A DNA stretch of 46,628 nucleotides from a virus, in the IMG/VR virus record IMGVR_UViG_3300050196_000201, positions 1 through 46,628 of that record; one strand, given 5' to 3'. A model generated the notes under the pieces. That model did not search any database. It was given only the letters and a program-made list of their open reading frames with translations, and had not been told where the DNA came from. Positions within the stretch are counted from its first letter, which is position 1, and every line of letters begins with the position of its first letter. A program made the position numbers and the translations under genes. Shown piece by piece: positions 23,685 to 32,841 of the stretch.

Positions 23685-25264
23685 TGAATGTAATACAAAC
23701 TATATACCCAGGCGATTTCGCCCCCGTGCATGGGTGCTTGAATTATGGGCTTACATTGGAATTATATAGCCCAACTATAAGCGGTACGCAAGCTAGCTTC
23801 TCTATTACCTTTTCAAGTGGTGGAACTGCCGCAAATGGTACTATAATTTATATACAAGGGCAAAAATTTGTAGTAGATAATACTGCAACGGTTGCAGATG
23901 GCTATTCTATAAAGTTTGACGGCTTAACGGATATGCAGCGGGCTACATGGCTTTATAATACCCTTAGAGCGACCTTATTTTTTGACCCGTCTATTGTTAC
24001 GATTGTTCAATTTGGTAACGTCGTAACAGTAACCTATAACCAAGTAGGGCAACAATCAAACTGGCAATTTGACAACGGCAGTATTAGTGAAATATCTTTT
24101 TATTTAAGTAATGGTACTAATCGAGAAGACTTGAAAAGTATGTCTTATATTTGGTCGGTTTATGAAAATAAATCTGCTTTAAGTTTACCTGATACTAAGC
24201 TAGTATCAGATAAGATATTACCTTTATTACTAGTTGAAGATAGATTAGTAGTACCTAGTGAGTTCAATGTGCAGCCTCAAATTATAAATATTTCTGATGA
24301 GATTAGAGATATTGTAAAAACTACATTGCCTAGCGTTTATAGCCCTATATTTACTGCTATAAATGATGATTATTTCCGCAAGCTCATATATATGCGTGCA
24401 GGATTACGCTATCTTGATAGCTGCGATAAAATAGATAGATTTTTTAGTAATGGGAATAATACTTGGGTTTATAATATGTTGTTTCAAGACATAATAAATC
24501 CAGATGTAAACTTGATTAATGATTATATCTATGGTAATAAACCCCTACTAATCAAAAATACCTACACGCTTTGCCGCAGCTCAAATATGTTTGTTTGGAG
24601 CTTATGCGAGTATAGCTCGTTAGAAATAGTTTATTATGATGCTAGCGGCGCAGCCCTTGAATCAAGTTCACAGTTTTACGGTTCAGAGGGTGCAATACCT
24701 ACCTATATGAATGTCGGGTGCTTTGGTCAAACTATCCCGTCTAATTGCGCTTATTATGTCCTGAACTATATGAATAGTGATGGCAGCGAGGTTTTACACG
24801 CCGTCCGTATAAATGTCGTGAGCTGTGGCTGCATCGAAGGGGAGTTTATTTTTTGTACCGACCTAGGGGGTTATGAAACCATGTTAATGGACAAAGCTGT
24901 AAAGCACGAAATTCCAGTAGCAAGTGAGACTATCCAAGGTCAAATAGGTTGCACGGTAACAAGCCTAATCAAAGGCGGTCGAAGTATTGTAAATAAAGAA
25001 ACTGAAAGCGTATTCACCTTTGAGAAATGGGTAGATACTGACACGGCGGACGAGTTGGAATATATCGCACAATTTCAAAGGTCACAAAGCTTTTACATGA
25101 AACAATTTATTGATGCGGCAGATTCATACGCTTATCTGAAAGTTATCCCAGAAAACATTACCTTTGTACCGCAGGAAATTGGTAAGCGTCCGAAGCTTAC
25201 CTTTACAATTAGATTCAATCAACAATTCAAATCACACCCGCAAAATGAAGCAGTTTTTATTTAG
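23684..25264 (+). CDS. Tail tip/baseplate structural protein (distal-tail-protein position)
   Basis: ATGA overlap with the tape measure stop. Assigned by synteny only. Confidence 0.45.
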   Translation: MNVIQTIYPGDFAPVHGCLNYGLTLELYSPTISGTQASFSITFSSGGTAANGTIIYIQGQKFVVDNTATVADGYSIKFDGLTDMQRATWLYNTLRATLFFDPSIVTIVQFGNVVTVTYNQVGQQSNWQFDNGSISEISFYLSNGTNREDLKSMSYIWSVYENKSALSLPDTKLVSDKILPLLLVEDRLVVPSEFNVQPQIINISDEIRDIVKTTLPSVYSPIFTAINDDYFRKLIYMRAGLRYLDSCDKIDRFFSNGNNTWVYNMLFQDIINPDVNLINDYIYGNKPLLIKNTYTLCRSSNMFVWSLCEYSSLEIVYYDASGAALESSSQFYGSEGAIPTYMNVGCFGQTIPSNCAYYVLNYMNSDGSEVLHAVRINVVSCGCIEGEFIFCTDLGGYETMLMDKAVKHEIPVASETIQGQIGCTVTSLIKGGRSIVNKETESVFTFEKWVDTDTADELEYIAQFQRSQSFYMKQFIDAADSYAYLKVIPENITFVPQEIGKRPKLTFTIRFNQQFKSHPQNEAVFI

Positions 25265-25625
25265 TCTTAGTCTAATTAGCGTACTGTTTTACGCTTGTAC
25301 GCCAAAAGAAACTCTAACGCCGTCACAGCGTTTAATAGGTAAATATCGTTTAGTATGGGCTAATTGCGGCACTAATACCGATTCATTTATTTACCACTCA
25401 TTTAGCGGTATTGAGTTTAAAGAAGACGGTACAGGATTAGATTTGTTTAATAACAATACGAGCCGTGCATTTGAGTATGCCGTTAGTAATAACGTTATTA
25501 CGCTTTGCCCAACTACTTCGAGCGTATCGGATATTATCCCGTTTGGGTTTAATCACGACACGCTTTATATGAAACGAGGCAACAATATTTGCTCTCAACT
25601 TGTCTATCATTATGTCAAGCTATAA
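25245..25625 (+). CDS. Lipoprotein (signal peptide plus lipobox)
   Basis: 'MKQFLFSLSLISVLFYAC' has an n/h region and Cys at position 18. ATG 25245 lies inside the ORF-track ORF 25164..25625. Confidence 0.6.
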   Translation: MKQFLFSLSLISVLFYACTPKETLTPSQRLIGKYRLVWANCGTNTDSFIYHSFSGIEFKEDGTGLDLFNNNTSRAFEYAVSNNVITLCPTTSSVSDIIPFGFNHDTLYMKRGNNICSQLVYHYVKL

Positions 25626-27762
25626 AATATACCTTAAACAACCTCCCGCTAATATACCCTCTCACTATTTCGATAGTGGCAGGGTTTATTTAGATTTGCC
25701 TATTGACTTTGACCTTAGCTTGTGGAACGCACCGACACGCACAAAGTTAGAAGGCTTTACAGAGTTGGCTGTTATGCAAGGCGACCTACCAAGTACACCT
25801 AAGAATGACTACATATTTGCGCTATATAATGATGTAAACTTTCTTAATGCAGATTATACGGAAGGCGTAAGGGTACTTGTCGAAAACGGTGGGGTAACTT
25901 TACCGCAAGAGAGTATTCAAGTAGAGGGGTTTTCTAAGGGAAATAAAAAATATAACTTTGCGCTATCCTACTCAAATGACGACATAGTAAATAGCATGAA
26001 AAATACCAAGCTATGCGACCTAATGGGGCGTTATGAGGTTATTTTAGACCGAGATGATATATTTAATATCTATCGCTTTATGATGGCTTATGATAGCAGT
26101 AGCGCATTTTGCTTACCGCCTCAAAACTACGGGCATTTTTACTATTTGGATATTGATAGCGTAACTCTACCAATTCACGCCGTAGAGTTCCGTCCGAATC
26201 TTTTTGCATTAGCAGTATTCAAAGAGGCGTTTTGTGGTTATCGCTTGGAAGGTTCTTTTTTAGAAACGGACTTTTTTAAGAAGCTTATAACCTATAACTT
26301 ACGCCCTGATTACGACCAATTCCTTGCATACAAACGAGGCTTTAAGCGTGAGAGTGATTTAATAGACTTAGATGGGAGTAGTGCCTTTACTATAAAAATG
26401 TACCACCCCGATATTATTACTGACCCTGATAATAACTATCAAGTTATCCCTTCTGCTGATGCTGGTACAAGTTCTTATAATAGACATGGAATTTATGATG
26501 TAAGAGCGACAGTAAATATTACGACTTTATATTTTGGTGCTGGCACTTACGCATCTATTGACGTTACATTTAATATCAAAAAGAATACGGGCGAAGTTAT
26601 ACATACTGAAACTAAAAACTTCTTTACACCGCCTGATAATATATACCAATTTATATTTGAGGGATTGGTAGATATGAAACCTGACGAGGGATTATATATT
26701 GAGTGTGTAGGCATTGGCAGTATTGGCGCAGTAGGTTATGATGTGGCAACATATAGCACGACATTTTCAATGACACCCGTCAGAGATACAACACCATACG
26801 AAGGCGAAGTATTTACCTTGCGTGAGGCTTTGAATCAAGATACTACAGTTTACGACTATATCAAAGGTATAAGCGATGCATTCCAGTTGAACTATACAAT
26901 CAATCGAGCAACGGGTGTTATAGGTATCTATCCCGAAGTAAACACGTCCGTATTTGGAGAAAATTACACGCCACTTATTAGCCCCAGTTTGCCCCCGCTT
27001 GATTGGTCAGATAAATGCGACCCTACACAGTTAGATATTCGCTTCCCAAAAGAAAATAAGTCGGTTAAGGACATTACAGCAGCATGGAAAAATGCGAGTG
27101 ACAAGTATGTGATGGAGGTAATTAATCCAGACCCTGAACTTTACAGCTATTATGAGTTGGTAAATGGTAGTGGTACGGAGTCTTTACAGTACGAAAATAA
27201 ACTATTTGAACCTAGCACAACTGATAAATACTACTTTGATGCGAACTTAAACTATATGCCCGACTTACCAATACTCTTAGATAATCAAGATAACAAGAAA
27301 TCGTATAATTTAGGACATAGGATATTCCTTTTGGTTGGGCTTAGTTCACAGGCTAAACTAATTCGCTACCTTAGTGAGATTGATAGTACTACGGCATTAG
27401 ATAATGCTTTTTTTAGCTTCTGCACAATGTACTATCCGAAAGGCTTACTTCAAATTGACTTAGATACGGAAGTTGTAACGCCGTTTACCTTTGATAAGAA
27501 CTTGACTTTCGACAAGCTACCAGAGAATCTTTTTACGGTATTTATTGAAAAGATAGCCTTAGAAAAGATAGAGAGTGCCGAATTTGATAAGCCAATTCTA
27601 CTAAGTCGTGAGGATTTTTTGAATTACGACTTTACTAGATTAGTTGTAGTTAAGTCTAATCTAAACCAAGTATTATGTAAAGTCGTTATGGTAAAAGACT
27701 TTTCACTTTCGAAAGTAAAATATACACCCGTAACGCTTAGACCTTACATTCCACGATGCTAA
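25612..27762 (+). CDS. Large tail protein (tip/receptor-binding candidate)
   Basis: About 716 aa, downstream of the tape measure and DTP-position genes. The ORF-track start at 25600 is TTG and the first ATG is 25612. Confidence 0.45.
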   Translation: MSSYKIYLKQPPANIPSHYFDSGRVYLDLPIDFDLSLWNAPTRTKLEGFTELAVMQGDLPSTPKNDYIFALYNDVNFLNADYTEGVRVLVENGGVTLPQESIQVEGFSKGNKKYNFALSYSNDDIVNSMKNTKLCDLMGRYEVILDRDDIFNIYRFMMAYDSSSAFCLPPQNYGHFYYLDIDSVTLPIHAVEFRPNLFALAVFKEAFCGYRLEGSFLETDFFKKLITYNLRPDYDQFLAYKRGFKRESDLIDLDGSSAFTIKMYHPDIITDPDNNYQVIPSADAGTSSYNRHGIYDVRATVNITTLYFGAGTYASIDVTFNIKKNTGEVIHTETKNFFTPPDNIYQFIFEGLVDMKPDEGLYIECVGIGSIGAVGYDVATYSTTFSMTPVRDTTPYEGEVFTLREALNQDTTVYDYIKGISDAFQLNYTINRATGVIGIYPEVNTSVFGENYTPLISPSLPPLDWSDKCDPTQLDIRFPKENKSVKDITAAWKNASDKYVMEVINPDPELYSYYELVNGSGTESLQYENKLFEPSTTDKYYFDANLNYMPDLPILLDNQDNKKSYNLGHRIFLLVGLSSQAKLIRYLSEIDSTTALDNAFFSFCTMYYPKGLLQIDLDTEVVTPFTFDKNLTFDKLPENLFTVFIEKIALEKIESAEFDKPILLSREDFLNYDFTRLVVVKSNLNQVLCKVVMVKDFSLSKVKYTPVTLRPYIPRC

Positions 27763-27980
27763 ATTTCAGAAAGATTCAAGACTTATCCCCAGGGCAAAAG
27801 GCAGATATTGAACGACTGCTTGCAGATTACGAGACTACAAAGAACAGTCTAAGTCTATTCCAATATGTGCGCCCGCTGCAAATTATCATTGAGCAATCAT
27901 GTTGCGGCGGTATGCAAATAGATGCTTTTGCTCAATGGTTACGCTTCCTTATTCATCACAACTACAATCCTCCTCAATGA
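27756..27980 (+). CDS. Hypothetical protein
   Basis: 74-aa ORF overlapping the upstream stop by 7 nt. Confidence 0.4.
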   Translation: MLNFRKIQDLSPGQKADIERLLADYETTKNSLSLFQYVRPLQIIIEQSCCGGMQIDAFAQWLRFLIHHNYNPPQ

Positions 27981-28222
27981 CAGCACAACAAATAAAAAAC
28001 GCATTAGTCTTCTATAATCGAATGACAGCCCGTAACAATACAGAGCTATCTAGTTTAGAGCTTGAATTTGTAAGCCATATAGACGAGGGTGTGATTAAAA
28101 AGACCTTAGTCCTAACTGATACAAGCGGGGGGTCTTATGCTTCGTTAGCAGTCAAATACGGCTGCACTAAGTCACAAGCTCAACATTGGATTACACGCAA
28201 CAAAAAAGCCGCTACTAATTAA
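27977..28222 (+). CDS. Hypothetical protein
   Basis: ATGA overlap at 27977-27980. The ORF-track start at 27899 would overlap the upstream ORF by 82 nt. Confidence 0.4.
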   Translation: MTAQQIKNALVFYNRMTARNNTELSSLELEFVSHIDEGVIKKTLVLTDTSGGSYASLAVKYGCTKSQAQHWITRNKKAATN

Positions 28223-28242
28223 AGTAGCGGCTTTTGTTTTTT
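28202..28242. terminator. Bidirectional intrinsic terminator between convergent gene blocks
   Basis: AAAAAAGCCGCTACT-aatta-AGTAGCGGCTTTTgTTTTTT. Confidence 0.75.
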
Positions 28243-28465
28243 AAAGCACTTCTAATATGTCTATACATTCCACTAGGGAAATTTCACCACCAAATTCTGG
28301 TCTGATTACATAGTGGTCAATAACTAGCGAGGTTTTTACTTCAAATACCTTTCCGCTATCAACTACTTGCGTAATTCTTTTTGCGCTTGATTTTACTTTA
28401 TCTAAGATTACGCCTATGCACTGGACTTGGTTGCGATTTTCGTATTTTACCTTTCTGCCTATCAT
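28241..28465 (-). CDS. Hypothetical protein
   Basis: Last gene of minus-strand island 1. ATG start. Confidence 0.5.
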   Translation of the reverse strand: MIGRKVKYENRNQVQCIGVILDKVKSSAKRITQVVDSGKVFEVKTSLVIDHYVIRPEFGGEISLVECIDILEVL

Positions 28466-28502
28466 ACTACTTTATTTGTGCCTTTCGGCGGTTAAAAATT
28501 GA

Positions 28503-28751
28503 TTAGTCTATTCTGAAACATTCCTTGCATCGTTTGTGATTATAAAGCCGACTTTCGCAAAACTTTGTATCATCGCAGTCGTGTATGCATTCAGTAGGCA
28601 AGTCTTTGAAGGCATTTACTACATCTCCCTTCGCTTTGTCTATTTCAAACTCTAATAGGTCAAAGATTTGCGTTTCAGCAGTATCAGCATCAATGCCATA
28701 AACTATTACGTTTCTAATAATAGTACGAATTTTTTCATTTAGTGTTGCCAT
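28503..28751 (-). CDS. Hypothetical protein with a C-terminal Cys/His cluster
   Basis: 'ECIHDCDDTKFCESRLYNHKRCKEC'. Confidence 0.5.
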   Translation of the reverse strand: MATLNEKIRTIIRNVIVYGIDADTAETQIFDLLEFEIDKAKGDVVNAFKDLPTECIHDCDDTKFCESRLYNHKRCKECFRID

Positions 28752-28762
28752 TACCTTGCGTT

Positions 28763-29158
28763 TTAATCGTTAGGAATTTCGCCTTTGAATGGGCGTATTT
28801 CGGAGGCTTGAATATTATCACCATTTGGAAGTGATACAATGCGCACCAAATGAAACGTATCTATTGTAAAGTACTTTAATGCAACCCAAGTCCCCTTTAC
28901 CTTAGCCCAAACTAATTCCCCTTGCTTCGGCTCAAAAATCGGCTTGTTCGGGCTTGGGTCGAAGCGGTTGTGACCTTGAAATAATGACGGATAGAGGTCT
29001 TCTAAATAGATTCTGCCGTCTATTGTAAAAGAACGCTCCATGCCGCTAAACTTGGCTAATAATGGGTAATACTCCTTATTACCTTCTATCTTAGTAACTA
29101 CTCCGTTACCTAATCCTTGGCAACTCACTAGGTCGCCTTCTTTGAAATAAATTTCCAT
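28763..29158 (-). CDS. Hypothetical protein (SH3-like 'GDLVSCQGLGNGVV' N-terminus)
   Basis: 131-aa ATG ORF with loose similarity to ORF 43256..43642. Confidence 0.5.
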   Translation of the reverse strand: MEIYFKEGDLVSCQGLGNGVVTKIEGNKEYYPLLAKFSGMERSFTIDGRIYLEDLYPSLFQGHNRFDPSPNKPIFEPKQGELVWAKVKGTWVALKYFTIDTFHLVRIVSLPNGDNIQASEIRPFKGEIPND

Positions 29159-29185
29159 TGGTTATTGATTTAAAATGTGATTAAA

Positions 29186-29344
29186 TTATTGAATTAGCTC
29201 AAATTGTATTTGAATCTTAGTATTGCGCCGCAGGGATTTTTTAAAATACCTCTTAAACTGACGGCGGGTTTTGTTACTACCTTTGCCCGACTTAGGCAAA
29301 TTCCCTAAGCTAGCAGATTTATGCTTTTGACTATATGGCTTCAT
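29186..29344 (-). CDS. Small, highly basic protein (52 aa), below the ORF-track cutoff
   Basis: ATG 29344 lies 3 nt after the upstream stop. Translation reads MKPYSQKHKSASLGNLPKSGKGSNKTRRQFKRYFKKSLRRNTKIQIQFELIQ. Confidence 0.35.
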   Translation of the reverse strand: MKPYSQKHKSASLGNLPKSGKGSNKTRRQFKRYFKKSLRRNTKIQIQFELIQ

Positions 29345-29347
29345 TTT

Positions 29348-29626
29348 CTAAAATACGATTTGAATTAAGCGTGAAAAATTAAAAGAACGGTATTGCAAAA
29401 CACATTCCACAACCTCCGTAAACTTTGCGTAAAGCTCGCCAGCCTTGTTGATAGCTACACTTGTAATTGTAGCGGTTGCGGGGCGTACCGTTTCATCTTC
29501 TTTGCGGAAGATTACTTCGATAGTCGGCTTTTTGGTTACGATAGACCAAGCCATTTTTAAGGCTTGACTAAGTGATAATTTGAATGCGCGTAAAAAGTGC
29601 GCTAATTTGAAGATAATGCTTTTCAT
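29348..29626 (-). CDS. Hypothetical protein
   Basis: 92-aa ATG ORF in the minus-strand island. Confidence 0.5.
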   Translation of the reverse strand: MKSIIFKLAHFLRAFKLSLSQALKMAWSIVTKKPTIEVIFRKEDETVRPATATITSVAINKAGELYAKFTEVVECVLQYRSFNFSRLIQIVF

Positions 29627-29669
29627 TGGTAGTAACTGAATTTGGAATGAGTAAATAAAACTTGACAGG

Positions 29670-29982
29670 CTATTTTGATAAATCTACATTTATACCGCCG
29701 TGCTTGTCTATAATTTGCTGAATAATATAACAAGGAACATAGGCAAAAACAGTATTAATAGTATCTCTTTGTTCCGCATAGCTATTAATTGAACGCTCAA
29801 AGTCGCTAGGGGTAGCCGATTTCTAATTCTGAGTACTCGTCTTGCGTTACTCTTGGTGTGCAGTAGTGCCCGCTCGAACCTTGTACAGACATAGAGAAGC
29901 CGTCATTACATACTATTCTAGGGCGGAAGCAAAGACCGTGTTGCTCTTTAAAAGTTACTTTGATAAATTCTTGAAGATTCAT
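29670..29982 (-). pseudogene. Frame-interrupted small gene: a pseudogene or a +1 recoded gene (58 + 45 codons)
   Basis: ATG 29982 runs to ..GYP then TAG (29808-29806). The +1 frame continues 'SDFERSINSYAEQRDTINTVFAYVPCYIIQQIIDKHGGINVDLSK' to the stop at 29672-29670. The break is at CCC-TAG. Confidence 0.5.
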
Positions 29983-30040
29983 AAAATTGAAATTTGTGCC
30001 GTTAGGCTGTTATTGAATTTGATTAGTGATTAATACGCTG

Positions 30041-30072
30041 CAAATATCTATCTAATTGTTTTATTCTGCAAA
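30041..30072 (-). promoter_or_regulatory. Promoter of minus-strand island 1 (inverted copy of the conserved cassette)
   Basis: The minus strand reads aatgTTTGcagaataaaacaattagataGAtaTTTGcagcg, homologous to the + strand cassettes at 39758, 40978 and 46461. Confidence 0.55.
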
Positions 30073-30186
30073 CATTTTCACGTTTATTTTTAAATTATTT
30101 TCTATTTGTATCTAGTCTAAATAAAAAGAGTACCAAATTGGCTACACTTTCAAAGGTTTGACTTTACATAATGTTAGAAAAGTACG

Positions 30187-30202
30187 TTACTTTGTGGTAT
30201 AA
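30187..30202 (+). promoter_or_regulatory. Possible promoter of the head-gene operon
   Basis: TTacTTTG (one mismatch to TAnnTTTG) is overlapped by TGgTATAAT. ATG 30215 follows. Confidence 0.3.
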
Positions 30203-30214
30203 TTTAAAGACACT

Positions 30215-31069
30215 ATGAAAATATACGCATCGACAATAAACGCTTTCAAGGACAGAGCTAGTTTTGACAAAGAACTTGCCCTTAAAGCACGTCTAGGTAA
30301 TAATACAAATAAGGTAAAAGCGGGTGGATTAGTGGACATTATACCGCTAAATACTACACCAGTTGAACCTACTAATGGTAACGGTGTGAGCAGCGAGGGT
30401 TATGGTATTGCGGTAATGGAGCTTAAAGGAACGCTTGTAGCTAATACGGACGACCTTTACGACTGGTTTGCGGTAAATTATGGCGGCGGTACGGATTTAG
30501 AAGAGTTTTACCATGAACTTGCGGAAGTGGCAAATGACCCACGTATCAAAGCTATTATCATTGAGGCTAACAGTTGCGGTGGTGATGTAGATAATACTCA
30601 AATGGTCGCTAACTTAGTTCGAGATATTCAAAAGCCTATTATTGGCTTTGTAACTAACATGGCTGCATCTGCTTGCTATTGGATATTGTCGCAATGTGAT
30701 AGTATTTATGTAGCGACTGAAACAACCTCACTTGGTAGTATTGGCGTTTATACTTGCCACGTTGATAATAGTGGTTACTATGAAAGTATAGGTAAAAAGA
30801 TTACTTATATCCCTGCTTTACAGAGTACCGAAAAGATTATCGGAGCAGATAATAAGCCTTTATCCGAAAGTGACTTTGCAAAAATTCAAGAGCGTATTAG
30901 TAAACTAGCGACTATCTTTATTAATCAAGTTGAACAAGGGCGTAGCGGCAAATTAGTTGGTACAGAATACCAAAATGGAGGTGTATTTATAGCGAGTGAG
31001 GCAATAGCTAACGGATTAGCTGACGGCTACATGAATATAGATGAAATAGTAAACAATCTTAGTAAATAA
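30215..31069 (+). CDS. S49/SppA-type prohead protease
   Basis: 'IIEANSCGGDV' and 'NMAASACYWILSQCD' match the S49 serine-protease motifs. A scaffold-like ORF and the capsid gene follow. Confidence 0.7.
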   Translation: MKIYASTINAFKDRASFDKELALKARLGNNTNKVKAGGLVDIIPLNTTPVEPTNGNGVSSEGYGIAVMELKGTLVANTDDLYDWFAVNYGGGTDLEEFYHELAEVANDPRIKAIIIEANSCGGDVDNTQMVANLVRDIQKPIIGFVTNMAASACYWILSQCDSIYVATETTSLGSIGVYTCHVDNSGYYESIGKKITYIPALQSTEKIIGADNKPLSESDFAKIQERISKLATIFINQVEQGRSGKLVGTEYQNGGVFIASEAIANGLADGYMNIDEIVNNLSK

Positions 31070-31087
31070 CAATCAAACAGAATAAGT

Positions 31088-31480
31088 ATGAGTTTTTTCA
31101 AAAAATTATTCGCTAAGGCTGCACCAAGTGCCGACCTTACGCAAATTGACGAGAAAGCAGAAGCGGAATTTAACGAAGCCTTTGCAACACTTGTAAACGA
31201 ACAAGTAAGCGCAGTAGCGACAAAATTTGAAGACCGCATTAAAGCCCTCGAAAGCAAAGAAACGCCGCAAGCTTTTGACGCATCGGAATTGACGCAAAAA
31301 ATTGAGGCTTTGGAGGCTGCAAAAGCGGAATCCGATACAAAGGTAAGCGCACTTGTAACCGAGTTACACGACATCAAAGCGGGCGCAACTAACAAGCCGA
31401 AATCAAATAGCAAAATCCCTGCTTTAAACATAGAGCAACAAGACGGAGGCTTTACACCGCCTAAATTGCAAGGTTTCTAA
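31088..31480 (+). CDS. Scaffolding protein candidate
   Basis: 130 aa, helical, rich in A/E/K, located between the protease and capsid genes. Confidence 0.5.
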   Translation: MSFFKKLFAKAAPSADLTQIDEKAEAEFNEAFATLVNEQVSAVATKFEDRIKALESKETPQAFDASELTQKIEALEAAKAESDTKVSALVTELHDIKAGATNKPKSNSKIPALNIEQQDGGFTPPKLQGF

Positions 31481-31512
31481 TCCAAACATAAACACAAAAA
31501 AAATAATAAACA

Positions 31513-32778
31513 ATGCCAGAAAATAACCAACAATTTACGCCAGCTTGGAACGGTAGTAACCAAGTGGCGGTAACGTACGGACAGGCGATTGCGTTACAAA
31601 ATATCGTAATTGACCGTACCACACAATTACAAGCTCGTTTAGGTGTGTATAACTTCATGCCTTTGACTAACAAAAACACCTATAACATTACGACTATTAA
31701 TGTAGGTGGTCTTTTGCTCAAAGCTAGTGCCTGTACGCTTACTGACGGCGGTGCAATTACTTCAACTAATCGTGAACTTACGCCTTGCGAAGTTGCAATG
31801 GCAGAGGACGTTTGCGACACTAACTTAATGAGTACCGCCTTTATGGCTGCTAAGAACTATCTTAACAATCAAGGTAGTGAAAGTTACGGCGCATGGGCAA
31901 CAGTTGTAGAGCGTATCGCAACACAAACTATCGCAATGCATAACAAGTCGTTATTGGCTTTGGCTATCGCTGGTAGCTCTTACGGTGCAGGTTCAACTTC
32001 AAGTGGTAACTACATTTGGAATGCAAATACCACAACAGGCGCAAATACTAACCGCCGTACGGCTTATAATGCACAACGTGACCGCTGTCAAGGTTTGCTT
32101 TACAAAATCGCACAAGTAACAGCGTCTAACGTTGCGTTAGATGAATCACAAGGTGGTTTTGTTGTAGCCAATTACACGGACGGAAACTTTGATGCAACTA
32201 AGGTATTGACCTTATTCGACAACTTGATGTTAGGTGCGCCAGATTTGTTGAAAACCTACATGGAAGCGGGTATCGTGAATACCAATGACGGCGTAGAGCG
32301 TCAAGCAATTTGGTGGGTAGATGGCAAAACGCATAACGCTGTAGTTCGTGCTTACAATGCCGCTAGTGCAGAAGCAGCCCAAAACCGTGGCGGTCGTATT
32401 CACCGTGTAGAATTGCCTAACGCTGACCCAATGAAAACAAGCCAGTCGGTTTACAAAATCGACAATGTCTGGGTTATTCCAGTTACCGAGCAAAACGTAT
32501 TTGATTCGATGCTTACAGGCTGGTTAGCTTTTGGCTACTTAACTTTGACGGGCGTTTTATCAGTAGGTATGTCGTTCAGCCGTATGCCGTTCGAGGCTTA
32601 TGACTTTGCAACTAATACAATTAATCAAGGTTCTGCGGCTATCAATATCCAAGACTTAGGTATGACTGACAATAAGAAAGTTGGTACTTACTCCTTAGTC
32701 GCTAAATCCTTAGTCGTTGCAGATGTGACAGACTATGACTTAGTGTATGGTATGCAAGCATTTATCAAACCCGCTTAA
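31513..32778 (+). CDS. Major capsid protein candidate
   Basis: 421 aa, downstream of protease and scaffold, followed by a terminator. Assigned by synteny. Confidence 0.6.
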   Translation: MPENNQQFTPAWNGSNQVAVTYGQAIALQNIVIDRTTQLQARLGVYNFMPLTNKNTYNITTINVGGLLLKASACTLTDGGAITSTNRELTPCEVAMAEDVCDTNLMSTAFMAAKNYLNNQGSESYGAWATVVERIATQTIAMHNKSLLALAIAGSSYGAGSTSSGNYIWNANTTTGANTNRRTAYNAQRDRCQGLLYKIAQVTASNVALDESQGGFVVANYTDGNFDATKVLTLFDNLMLGAPDLLKTYMEAGIVNTNDGVERQAIWWVDGKTHNAVVRAYNAASAEAAQNRGGRIHRVELPNADPMKTSQSVYKIDNVWVIPVTEQNVFDSMLTGWLAFGYLTLTGVLSVGMSFSRMPFEAYDFATNTINQGSAAINIQDLGMTDNKKVGTYSLVAKSLVVADVTDYDLVYGMQAFIKPA

Positions 32779-32799
32779 TCAATCACATTTCAATCATTT

Positions 32800-32826
32800 A
32801 GCCCTCTCAATCGAGGGGGCTTTTTA
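32800..32826 (+). terminator. Intrinsic terminator after the capsid gene
   Basis: GCCCTC..GAGGGGGC stem followed by TTTTT. Confidence 0.6.
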
Positions 32827-32841
32827 AATATCTAACAAAAT

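Noticed and set aside
29842-30033. Plus-strand 63-aa ORF
   Set aside because: It has a TTG start and lies antisense to the minus-strand gene 29670..29982, whose translation is protein-like and follows a proper promoter and ATG.
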